Shown here: positions 1 through 7,851 of the stretch, piece after piece | How the letters are laid out: every line of letters begins with the position of its first letter | Position numbering within the stretch: position 1 is the stretch's first letter | NCBI GenBank assembly: GCA_963803525.1 | Contig: CAWDMV010000012.1 | Coordinates: forward strand, 209,354 to 241,353 | Source: Lewinellaceae bacterium | GTDB lineage: Bacteria > Bacteroidota > Bacteroidia > Chitinophagales > Saprospiraceae | Direction of reading: 5' to 3' | Length of the DNA stretch: 32,000 nucleotides | Made by a program: the position numbers and the translations under genes | The notes under the pieces: generated by a model | Seen by the model: only the letters and a program-made list of their open reading frames with translations | The model's database searches: none | Told to the model about the DNA's origin: nothing

Positions 1-1
1 C

Positions 2-115
2 ATCGACCTGGGGGGAGAACGCAACCGGGCGGAAGTCCGGTCCATTACGGCGGGCGGGCCCGGCGAATGGCGCATCGGCCTGCACACCGGGGAAACCCTT
101 AGCCTGCGGTTTTAG
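2..115 (+). CDS. 3' end of an unidentified CDS entering from upstream of the window (partial)
   Basis: Open frame from the window edge to TAG at 113-115 (...GEWRIGLHTGETLSLRF*). Third codon positions are strongly G/C-biased like the neighbouring genes. It is too short to assign a family. Confidence 0.3.
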   Translation: MDLGGERNRAEVRSITAGGPGEWRIGLHTGETLSLRF

Positions 116-226
116 CCCTTCCACCCCCGGCGCGATCGGCCGTACTGACTGCGTACCGGCCCGCATCCTGATCACGGGGCTTATGGATGTCATAAGCGGG
201 TCGAAGATTGACTCCTCCGGTTTTTG

Positions 227-234
227 TACATTTG
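227..234 (+). promoter_or_regulatory. Candidate Bacteroidota-type -7 promoter box (TAnnTTTG) for the STAS-rnz unit
   Basis: TACATTTG at 227-234 matches TAnnTTTG exactly and lies 30 nt upstream of the ATG at 264. The upstream -33 element is only approximate (ATTG at 207-210). Confidence 0.3.
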
Positions 235-263
235 CGCGACACAACCAGCAAAGTATCCCTACC

Positions 264-647
264 ATGAAATTCAGCATAGACAAGCAGGAGCGCTACAGCG
301 TAATCAAGCCGGAGGATGAGAATCTGAATTCCGCCGTGGCTCCCCAGCTGAAGTCGGAATTCGTGATTTTGGCCAACGAGGGCATTAACAACCTGATCCT
401 CGACCTGAGTCTGGTTAAGTACGTCGACAGTTCCGGCCTGAGCGCCATCCTGACCGCCCGCCGCCTCTGGAGTAATCTGGGTACCTTCATCGTGACCGGG
501 GTCGATCACAGCGCCGTCCGGCGGCTGGTCGAGATCAGCAAGGTGGACACGGTGCTGAACATCCTGCCGACCATGAGCGAGGCGGTCGACTTCATTTTTA
601 TGGAGGAGTTGCAGCGCGACCTGCAGGCCGAGCCGGGGGAGGAGTAA
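264..647 (+). CDS. STAS-domain anti-sigma-factor antagonist (SpoIIAA-like)
   Basis: Uses the frame of track ORF 183..647, with the first ATG at 264 (MKFSIDKQERYSVIKP...). The pattern LILDLSLVKYVDSSGLSAIL contains the conserved DSSG phospho-serine motif of STAS proteins. Confidence 0.85.
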   Translation: MKFSIDKQERYSVIKPEDENLNSAVAPQLKSEFVILANEGINNLILDLSLVKYVDSSGLSAILTARRLWSNLGTFIVTGVDHSAVRRLVEISKVDTVLNILPTMSEAVDFIFMEELQRDLQAEPGEE

Positions 648-656
648 CCTCCGTAC

Positions 657-1589
657 ATGCGGTTCGACGTCACCATCCTGGGATCTAACGGTGCGGTGCC
701 TACGGCCGCACGCCACGGTTCCGGACACCTGTTGCGGAGCGAAACCCGGGACGTCCTCATCGATTGCGCGGAAGGGACGCAACTGCAGTTGCAGGCAGCC
801 GGGCATGGCTTCGGTCGCGTGGAGCTGATCCTGATCACCCACCTGCACGGCGATCACTATTTCGGACTGCCGGGACTGATCACCAGCCTCGCCCTCAACG
901 GGCGGGAACAACCGTTACGGATCATCAGTCCGGCCGGTCTTCGTGCCAAGCTCGCGCCACTCCTGGATCTGGATCGGTGGAACCTCCCCTTCCCGCTCAC
1001 CTTCGAGGAGCACGAAGCCACCGACTTTGGTCCGCTGACCACCACCGGCGAGCTGGACGTCTTCAGTTTTCCGCTCCGGCACCGCATCGCTACCAATGGC
1101 TACCTGCTTCGGGAAAAAGCGCGGCAGCCCAATATCCGGAAGGAGAAGATCACGGAGTACGCTATCCCCTGGCCGGAGATCCCCGGGATCAAGGCCGGCG
1201 GCGATTTCCGTACCCCGGAGGGGAGGGTAGTGCCCCACGCGGAACTCACCGCACCCGCGCCCGCGCCCCGCGCGTACGCCTACTGCTCGGACACCGTATA
1301 CTTCCCCGAACTCGCCAGCTACGTGGCGGGGGTCGACCTGCTCTATCACGAGGCGACTTTTCTGGAAGAGCTGGCGGAGGAGGCCCGGCAGAAGGGGCAT
1401 GCCACCGCCCATCAGGCGGCGCTTACGGCTCGGGCGGCAGGGGCGGGAACGCTGGTGCTGGGACACTTCAGCTCCCGCTACCTCGGGGTGGACGCGCACG
1501 AGCGGGAGGCACGTGCCGTTTTCCCGGCCAGTTACGCCGCCCACGACCTGTACCGCTTCGTCGTTCCCTTCGCTCCCAGGCACGGGTAG
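657..1589 (+). CDS. rnz: Ribonuclease Z (metallo-beta-lactamase fold tRNA 3' endonuclease)
   Basis: 310-aa ORF with ATG at 657. The N-terminus MRFDVTILGSNGAVPT and the HLHGDH zinc motif (ILITHLHGDHYFGLPGL) are typical of RNase Z, and the C-terminal part contains HFSSRY. Confidence 0.9.
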   Translation: MRFDVTILGSNGAVPTAARHGSGHLLRSETRDVLIDCAEGTQLQLQAAGHGFGRVELILITHLHGDHYFGLPGLITSLALNGREQPLRIISPAGLRAKLAPLLDLDRWNLPFPLTFEEHEATDFGPLTTTGELDVFSFPLRHRIATNGYLLREKARQPNIRKEKITEYAIPWPEIPGIKAGGDFRTPEGRVVPHAELTAPAPAPRAYAYCSDTVYFPELASYVAGVDLLYHEATFLEELAEEARQKGHATAHQAALTARAAGAGTLVLGHFSSRYLGVDAHEREARAVFPASYAAHDLYRFVVPFAPRHG

Positions 1590-1755
1590 CTAGTGCTTCA
1601 GGCCCGAAATAAGCTGCCCCTTGACTGGCCAGCGCGGCGCTGCACTTCCCCGCCAAACATCCACCGTAGCTCCGGCTGTGCTGAACTTTCGTCCGCTCGT
1701 TCACCACCACGCTGGCGGCGTCGAGCTATTGCTTAGTTCAATCCTGAAGCACTGG
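1590..1755 (-). repeat. 166-bp TIR-bounded MITE-like repeat, copy A (inverted relative to copy B at 14510-14675)
   Basis: The reverse complement aligns without gaps to 14510-14675 with 147/166 identities (hand count). The termini CTAGTGCTTCAGG and CCTGAAGCACTGG are inverted repeats. The element starts 1 nt after the rnz stop codon. Confidence 0.85.
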
Positions 1756-1799
1756 GTTATGGGGGGATGTTTTACCTTACCCACACAAACCAATTGATT

Positions 1800-2534
1800 A
1801 TGCGCATTCCCCTGCTGTTTCTTTGCCTGTGCTTCTCCGCCGGACTGGTGAGTCAGATCACCGACCCGAAAGCCACCGAATTTTACGAGCCCGTACCCCC
1901 GAAGATCAAGCCGGGCACTACCCTGGGCGAGGCGCCGGCCGATGCCATCGTACTGCTGGGCAACGGCGCCGACCTGAGCGAGTGGAGCTCCACGAAGGAT
2001 GGCAGCGACGCCGGCTGGACCCAGGAGGGCGACTACATCATCGTCAAGCCCGGTACGGGAGATATACAGACCCGCCGGAAATTCGGGGACGTACAGCTGC
2101 ACGTCGAATGGCGCTCCCCCAGCGAGCCCGACAAGGAGGGACAGGGACGCGGCAACAGCGGCATCTTCCTACAGAACCGCTACGAAGTGCAGGTGCTGGA
2201 AAGCGAGGGCAGCGACACCTACACCAACGGGCAGGCCGGATCGGTCTACAAACAGACCCCGCCGCTGGTCAATGCCCTCAAGCCCCAGGGCGAGTGGCAG
2301 AGCTACGACATCATCTACAGCGCTCCCGAATTCAGCAAGAACGGCATCCTTACCCGCCCGGCCTACGTGACCTTACTGATGAATGGCGTGGTGGTGCAAA
2401 ATCACTTCGAGATCAAGGGGCCCACCGAATACATCGGGCTGCCGCACTACGTGTCCCACGGAGATGACGTCATCAAACTCCAGGACCACGGGAACCTCGT
2501 GGCCTACCGAAACATCTGGATCCGGGAACTCTAG
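1800..2534 (+). CDS. DUF1080 (3-keto-disaccharide hydrolase-like) secreted protein
   Basis: Uses the frame of track ORF 1767..2534. The ATG at 1800 gives a clean signal peptide (MRIPLLFLCLCFSAGLVSQ). The core motifs FGDVQLHVEWR...GNSGIFLQNRYEVQVL...GEWQSYDIIY fit the DUF1080 jelly-roll family. An alternative ATG lies at 1767. Confidence 0.85.
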   Translation: MRIPLLFLCLCFSAGLVSQITDPKATEFYEPVPPKIKPGTTLGEAPADAIVLLGNGADLSEWSSTKDGSDAGWTQEGDYIIVKPGTGDIQTRRKFGDVQLHVEWRSPSEPDKEGQGRGNSGIFLQNRYEVQVLESEGSDTYTNGQAGSVYKQTPPLVNALKPQGEWQSYDIIYSAPEFSKNGILTRPAYVTLLMNGVVVQNHFEIKGPTEYIGLPHYVSHGDDVIKLQDHGNLVAYRNIWIREL

Positions 2535-2546
2535 GACCCGCCCCGC

Positions 2547-3640
2547 GTGCGTATTCTCATTTGTCCCGATAAGTTTAAGGGTAGCCTCACCGGCCAGGCG
2601 GCCGGTGAGGCTATTGCACGTGGGGTGAGGCGGGCACTGCCCGACGCCAGGCTCGTGATCCAGCCCCTCGCGGATGGGGGGAGGGGAGCCTGGACCTACT
2701 ATCTCACTTGCCCGGCCTGCGTCCGCGTCGGCTATCCGTGACCGGCCCCCTGCGTATCCCGGTAGAAGCTACTTACCTGCTGGGAAAAGGTAAGGCGTAC
2801 ATCGAGGCTGCCGAAGCCTGCGGGCTGCACCTCGTACCGCCCCTGCGGCGTCACCCCGCGAACGCAACGACGATCGGGGTAGGCATGCTGATCGAGGACG
2901 CCATCGCCCGCGGTGCCCGGGACGTCAGCCTGTTCCTTGGCGGCAGTGCGACCAACGACTGCGGGGCGGGCATGGCGGCCGCGCTCGGTTACCGCTTCTA
3001 TACCCACGAAGGTCGGGACTTCATTCCCATGGCCGACACGCTGGGCCTGATTCAGTCGATCGACCGCCGGCAAGTCCTTCCCGAACTCGCAAACGTAGGG
3101 TTTACGGCCGTTTGCGACGTCGATAATCCCCTGCTCGGCCCGCGGGGCTGCACCTACACCTACGCCCCACAAAAGGGGGCCGCAGCGGACGAGCTGCCCG
3201 GACTGGAGGCAAGTATGACCAGTTTTGCTCACCTCCTGTCCCGTGACCTGGGGGCGGACGTGGCGCAACTTCCGGGGGCCGGGGCCGCGGGTGGGCTGGC
3301 GGGCGGGGCGGTGGCCTTTCTCGGTGCCCGATTAAGTTCGGGGATCGAGCGCATCCTGGAAGCGGTTAATTTCGACCGCCTCGCCGAAGGCGCTGACCTC
3401 ATCATCACGGGGGAGGGGAAGGTGGACGAGCAGACGCTGCACGGCAAAGTGGTCGCCGGGGTAGCGGCCCGGGGTAGGCCGACGATCGTGGTGTGCGGTA
3501 CCGCGCGTATTTCGGCGGAGCAGCTGGGCGTCCGGCGCATTCTTTCGCTCGTGGAAGACGCTCGCCTCACCCCCGAGGTAGCCACGCTAGCAGCGGCCGA
3601 ACACCTGGAGGAACTCGTGTTTGCTTACCTCAAGGCCTGA
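2547..3640 (+). pseudogene. glxK: Glycerate kinase, interrupted by a -1 frameshift in a G6 run (2676-2681)
   Basis: Track ORFs 2547..2741 and 2708..3640 together form one glycerate kinase. The first reads MRILICPDKFKGSLT...PLADGG. The second frame reads EGSLDLL...GGSATNDCGAGMAAALG...ITGEGKVDEQTLHGK from about 2681. One extra G in the run would restore ADGGEGSLD. Confidence 0.8.
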
Positions 3641-3685
3641 GCGGTCGGCGTGGTTAGGCGCGGGGAAAAATTTATCGCGTAATCG

Positions 3686-3717
3686 TTTCCCTAAGCCGAT
3701 TCTCCACCGTAAATTTG
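3686..3717 (+). promoter_or_regulatory. Candidate promoter of the tRNA-Ser/tRNA-Pro unit (TTTC-N20-TAAATTTG)
   Basis: TAAATTTG at 3710-3717 matches TAnnTTTG. TTTC at 3686-3689 sits at about the expected -33 spacing. The site is roughly 65 nt upstream of tRNA-Ser. Confidence 0.35.
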
Positions 3718-3782
3718 CGTCGCTTTAGCACCAGCGGTCCCGCAACTTTTCGGAGGTGGGGGGACGTTGTGAGCGAACACCC

Positions 3783-3873
3783 GGAGACGTGGGTGAGTGG
3801 CTGAAACCACCGGTTTGCTAAATCGACGTACCTTTACCGGGTACCGCGGGTTCGAATCCCGCCGTCTCCGCCA
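3783..3873 (+). tRNA. tRNA-Ser (anticodon GCT), class II with long variable arm, CCA encoded
   Basis: Acceptor stem GGAGACG/CGTCTCC. Anticodon loop TTGCTAA. Long variable arm GTACC...GGTAC. T arm GCGGG-TTCGAAT-CCCGC. Discriminator G followed by CCA at 3871-3873. Confidence 0.9.
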
Positions 3874-3948
3874 CGGGGCATAGCGCAGTCCGGTTAGCGT
3901 GCCTGCTTTGGGAGCAGGAGGCCCCAGGTTCGAATCCTGGTGCCCCGA
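3874..3948 (+). tRNA. tRNA-Pro (anticodon TGG), no encoded CCA
   Basis: Acceptor stem CGGGGCA/TGCCCCG. D arm GCGC...GCGT. Anticodon stem-loop CCTGC-TTTGGGA-GCAGG. T arm CCAGG-TTCGAAT-CCTGG. Discriminator A. It begins immediately after the CCA of tRNA-Ser. Confidence 0.92.
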
Positions 3949-3962
3949 CTGGGAAAATAAAG

Positions 3963-3990
3963 GGCGACCGCAGCAGTGCGGTCGCCTTTT
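3963..3990. terminator. Bidirectional rho-independent terminator between the tRNA pair and the convergent 4009..7851 gene
   Basis: Perfect 9-bp stem GGCGACCGC / GCGGTCGCC with loop AGCAGT. It is preceded by AAAATAAA and followed by TTTT, so it has a U-tract in both orientations. Confidence 0.8.
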
Positions 3991-4008
3991 GCTGTTTATA
4001 CGGGTCCC

Positions 4009-7000
4009 TTACTCTGATCCAGGTCGCCGGCTTCTCGCTGAACCGGGTGGGTAAAGTCGGGGGACCAGGGGGGAGCGGGTAGACCGGGAGTTGATGCCGT
4101 CGGTCACCGTAAGTCGAAGTTCGTAGCGCTGGTAATCCCTGGGTATTTCCAGGTTCAGAACGGGCCCGTCGGGATAGCGTTTGAGGGCAAGGGGGTTACC
4201 GTACTCGTCCTGCTTAACTAACATCCACTCGAAGGTCATACCGGAAGTAGCGTCTTGTGCGAGTATCCACTCGCCCTCCTGCTGGAAGGTGGCGTGGTAG
4301 CCGAAGTTACTTCCCTCATACGGTGGGAGTGCCGGGGGCAGGATGCCGATGACCGGCAGTTTCATGGGGGCACCTTCCTTGCGCCACCGGTTCTTCAGCT
4401 GCGAGTAGACGCGTTTAGGGCGACCACTGAAGTCCAGCAGGCCATCAAAACTAACTTTCCGGTTATCCCACTCATTCTGCCAGTTGGTGATGACGACGTA
4501 GGATCGCTCCAGGTCATCCGGAAGCTGGAGGAGTTTTTCGGCGCTGATCTCGTTGACGACGACTTGATCCCGATGGCGATCGAGGAGGGTCTGCAGTTCG
4601 GTTTGGGGCACCGCATCTCCTACTAACAATCCGATGACGTCCGCTCCGAGCTCCGGGAGATGGTAATCAGAAAAAAGGCGGGTGAATCCGGAGCCGGCGC
4701 TGACGGACAGGACTACCGGGCGCGTGCGATCGACTCCCTTGATTGCGGCGATAGTTCGGGTTAACCACTTCAGGTAAGCTACTCGCTGCGCTTTTAAATC
4801 CGGTTGCCGGTAGTAACGGGCCAGTTTCGTGAGCACGTCGTTGCCGAAGTTCCAGCTGATGATGACCGCCTCCTCCCGGTAGGTATCCACCTGCCGCAGG
4901 ATATCGGTGGCCAGCTCATCCAGGGCCACGGAATCCCCGGCAAAGTCCAGGCTCTCGGGCACCCAGAAATCATAAATTACCTCAAGATCGTATTCCGGGG
5001 CGATCCCGAGCAGATTATGCGCATAAATGCCCGGATCGGTAATGCGGATGGCGTTGATGCCAAGGGATTGCATGCTGTTGAAGTCGCGCTCAATGTTTTT
5101 ACGGGACGGAATGTACTGCGCCTTGCTCGGGTTGCTTCCTTTTTTATAGGCCACCGCACGGATGGGGTGATCAGGCAGGGTGGCTCGGGCATAGCCCGCG
5201 GGCGAAGAGACGCCAATGGACGCTAGGCTTATTTCCTCCCTACCCACTACGCGCTGGTGATCGAAAGCGGAAAATAGGGGAGAAGATTCCAGCGTCCAGT
5301 CCAGGTAACGCAGGTGGTCCCGGTTCGGCGGTGGAATATTCTTATCGTAGGCGCTGTTGAAGGCCACCACGGCTACGACCTCGGGATAATTGAGGGTCAG
5401 GCTTTCCTTGGCGTCGTTCATCCAGGCCAGTTTTTCCGCTTCCGTGCCGAGCGAGCCGAACTCCGCGAGGATCACTTTCATCTCGGGGAGCGCGCGGGCG
5501 GCTTTCCGAAAGGGGGCGTAGAGGGAGTCCAGGCTTTCGGATCCGATCTTGTTCAGCGATCCATAGTTCAGCGTGGTCAGGCCGATGTAGTCGACGTATT
5601 CCTCTCCGGGAAAGTAGGAAGACATGGCGGTCGCCTTCCACGGGTTCCAGATCCAGCTTACGTTTTCTGCCCCCACCCGCTCGAAGATGCCGTGTACGTG
5701 GCGCCAGGCATGGATGAACTCCTTCGGCGTATTCCCCCCGGTGGGTGACCACGGATAGGCCGGGTTATCAAATTCATGGGCAAAACGCAGATAGACCGGT
5801 CCGCCAAATTCTTTCACCTTACCGGCAACCTTCCGGATGTAGTCGTCAAAGACCCCCTCCGAAATGTAGTTGAAGGCCTTTCTTTCCTGTCGGAGGTCGG
5901 CGGAGGAGTCGCTAAAGGGAAAGGTACTTACCCAGGGCTCCCAGGTAATCATCGGGATGGAACCCTGACGACCGACGTCGTTCAGATAAGCTAGGAGGTG
6001 AGGGGGGGTGTCGGCCGGCTTCCAGGCAAAATAACCGGATATGACGTCCGCGTGAAATTGACCCCTTTCTTCCATCTGACCGACCAGAGAAATGTCCGAG
6101 AGACCGGTTTCGTCGCTGGGGTAAAACAAGCCAAATTGCGTAGAAGGGGCCAAAGGACGATTGGATATTTCGGGCTTGACGAGGTCAAAGCTGAGTTTTT
6201 CGGAGTGGTCCAACAAGGCAAAAACGGAAACGATGACGGCCAGCAAAAGCACCGGAGCAAGTCTGCGGACGGTAAGGGTCATGGCGTCGAGTGACCACAG
6301 CAAACCGGTACGGGCCTGCCGGCCGACACTCAGGGCCAGACTCGGAAGGCGGCTGCGCAGTACGCGGTTGCGATTGGTAACGCCGAGAGCGAGGTAAACG
6401 CTGAAGAACATAAAAAAGGCGTTCACCAGGGCAAATCCGGCCATGATGAGTGAAAAGGGAGTGAGGTCGCGTTCCAGGCCGTATATGATGGCCCCCAGCG
6501 AAGCGACGCCGACGAAGACGTTGGGGAGGAGCAGCGACGGATGCGTAACATCCTCATCGTTTTTGGGCGTAGGCAGGTAGGGAACCTGCTTATCGATCAG
6601 GGTGTAAAGGAAACCGATACAAAATACCCACCAGGTGAGGATTTCGAGTATACCCCCTACGATATGAAAGCCCCGCTCGTCATCGGAGATCAGCCAACGC
6701 TGAATGTAAAAACGAATCACGAAGGAACTGAACAGTACCGGACTGATGAGCAAAACGAAGTCCCCAAAATTGCCGGTCCACGGCGTATCGGACAGCAGCA
6801 GGGAGAGGATGGGAATGAGGAAGCCGAGAAAGTAAAAGACGCCCGCCAGGTGGTGCAGCGGCATCATGGCATAGTGTAAGCGCTGCCGCCCGGTTAGGGA
6901 GGGGAAAATCTTCGGAAATACCTTGAAGAAAAGATCGAAAGTGCCCCGCGACCACTTGATCTGCTGCTTGAAGTAGGCGGTGATGGTGGAGGGCACCAGG

Positions 7001-7851
7001 CCTTCGGCGAGTATTTGCGGCACGTACACCGATTTCCAGCCGGCGTGATAGAGCAACATGGCAGTATGCATATCCTCGGCGAGTCCGGGAGCGTGGCCAC
7101 CAATGCTGTCGAGTGCGGCCCGGCGGAAGGTGCAGTTGGCCCCGATGGCATTCACGGTCCCGTAGCTGTTCATCGTCATCATCATCGGACCGTAGAAGTG
7201 GAAGGTCTGCTGTGCGGCGCCTTTCGCGACCAGGGTGTCCTGCTTGTTGTAGTAAGCCTGGACAGTCTGCACGAATCCGATTTCCGGACGCTGAAAATGG
7301 GGGACGATGTGGTCGAGAAAATGCGGATACGGGACATGGTCCGGATCCAGAATCAGGCAAATTTCCCCGGTGGCCTGGCGCAGGGCGTTGTTAATGTTGC
7401 CCGCTTTCGCATCGATCCGGTTGCTACGCGTACAGTGAATAACCCCCAGCTGCTCACACACCTCCCGCAGGTACGGATCATCGGCTTCGTCGCACAGGTA
7501 GGTGGTATGGGGATAAGTAATCTGCTGTATCGCCCGCAGCGTAGTGACGATCATGTCATACGGCTCTCCGGGATAGAAGGTCGTAAATACGTCTACGGTG
7601 AAGGTGCGGGTGGCCGGAGGCGTTTCCGGTACGGAGATGGCCAAATAGTGGTACCACATCCCGAAGTCACGAATAATGCCGTAGACGATAATGCTGGTCA
7701 GCAATCCATACAGGACGGGATGGCCGATGTATTTTGGCTGAAAGAAAAAATAGCAGAAATAAGCGACGCAGAACGTGCCCGCCGCCACGAGCAAGCGGAG
7801 AGTAAGCTGTTCGCCGGCGGTAGGGTTACGAACGTCAGGATCATTTAGCAT
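4009..7851 (-). CDS. Multidomain membrane protein: processive family-2 glycosyltransferase (cellulose-synthase-like) + multi-TM region + GH26-like glycosidase + second clan-A-like GH module + PKD/Ig-like tail
   Basis: 1280-aa ORF with ATG at 7851. GT2 motifs: LILDPDH (DxD), LAEDMHT (TED-like) and FKQQIKWSRG (QxxRW). Hydrophobic helices extend to about residue 548. The GH26-like part has YLRFAHEFDNPAYPW and VILAEFGS. A later module has INAIRI...IISWNFGNDV. The tail has YELRLTVTDG. Confidence 0.85.
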   Translation of the reverse strand: MLNDPDVRNPTAGEQLTLRLLVAAGTFCVAYFCYFFFQPKYIGHPVLYGLLTSIIVYGIIRDFGMWYHYLAISVPETPPATRTFTVDVFTTFYPGEPYDMIVTTLRAIQQITYPHTTYLCDEADDPYLREVCEQLGVIHCTRSNRIDAKAGNINNALRQATGEICLILDPDHVPYPHFLDHIVPHFQRPEIGFVQTVQAYYNKQDTLVAKGAAQQTFHFYGPMMMTMNSYGTVNAIGANCTFRRAALDSIGGHAPGLAEDMHTAMLLYHAGWKSVYVPQILAEGLVPSTITAYFKQQIKWSRGTFDLFFKVFPKIFPSLTGRQRLHYAMMPLHHLAGVFYFLGFLIPILSLLLSDTPWTGNFGDFVLLISPVLFSSFVIRFYIQRWLISDDERGFHIVGGILEILTWWVFCIGFLYTLIDKQVPYLPTPKNDEDVTHPSLLLPNVFVGVASLGAIIYGLERDLTPFSLIMAGFALVNAFFMFFSVYLALGVTNRNRVLRSRLPSLALSVGRQARTGLLWSLDAMTLTVRRLAPVLLLAVIVSVFALLDHSEKLSFDLVKPEISNRPLAPSTQFGLFYPSDETGLSDISLVGQMEERGQFHADVISGYFAWKPADTPPHLLAYLNDVGRQGSIPMITWEPWVSTFPFSDSSADLRQERKAFNYISEGVFDDYIRKVAGKVKEFGGPVYLRFAHEFDNPAYPWSPTGGNTPKEFIHAWRHVHGIFERVGAENVSWIWNPWKATAMSSYFPGEEYVDYIGLTTLNYGSLNKIGSESLDSLYAPFRKAARALPEMKVILAEFGSLGTEAEKLAWMNDAKESLTLNYPEVVAVVAFNSAYDKNIPPPNRDHLRYLDWTLESSPLFSAFDHQRVVGREEISLASIGVSSPAGYARATLPDHPIRAVAYKKGSNPSKAQYIPSRKNIERDFNSMQSLGINAIRITDPGIYAHNLLGIAPEYDLEVIYDFWVPESLDFAGDSVALDELATDILRQVDTYREEAVIISWNFGNDVLTKLARYYRQPDLKAQRVAYLKWLTRTIAAIKGVDRTRPVVLSVSAGSGFTRLFSDYHLPELGADVIGLLVGDAVPQTELQTLLDRHRDQVVVNEISAEKLLQLPDDLERSYVVITNWQNEWDNRKVSFDGLLDFSGRPKRVYSQLKNRWRKEGAPMKLPVIGILPPALPPYEGSNFGYHATFQQEGEWILAQDATSGMTFEWMLVKQDEYGNPLALKRYPDGPVLNLEIPRDYQRYELRLTVTDGINSRSTRSPLVPRLYPPGSARSRRPGSE

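Noticed and set aside
99-1612. ORFs 99..911 (-), 764..1612 (+) and 915..1583 (-) overlapping the STAS and rnz genes
   Set aside because: These are alternative-frame or antisense ORFs with Arg/Pro/Gly-rich translations typical of off-frame reading of GC-rich coding DNA. The STAS and RNase Z frames carry the real motifs.
1767-1799. Upstream ATG at 1767 as the start of the DUF1080 gene
   Set aside because: It adds MFYLTHTNQLI in front of an already complete signal peptide and lies only 12 nt from the end of the repeat element. The ATG at 1800 is preferred, though the longer form cannot be excluded.
2661-2700. Possibility that the glycerate kinase (and DUF2254) frameshifts are programmed ribosomal frameshifts
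   Set aside because: I see no slippery heptamer plus downstream stimulatory structure, and I know of no precedent for these families. Both sites are plain G/C homopolymers one base short, which fits sequencing error or simple mutation better.
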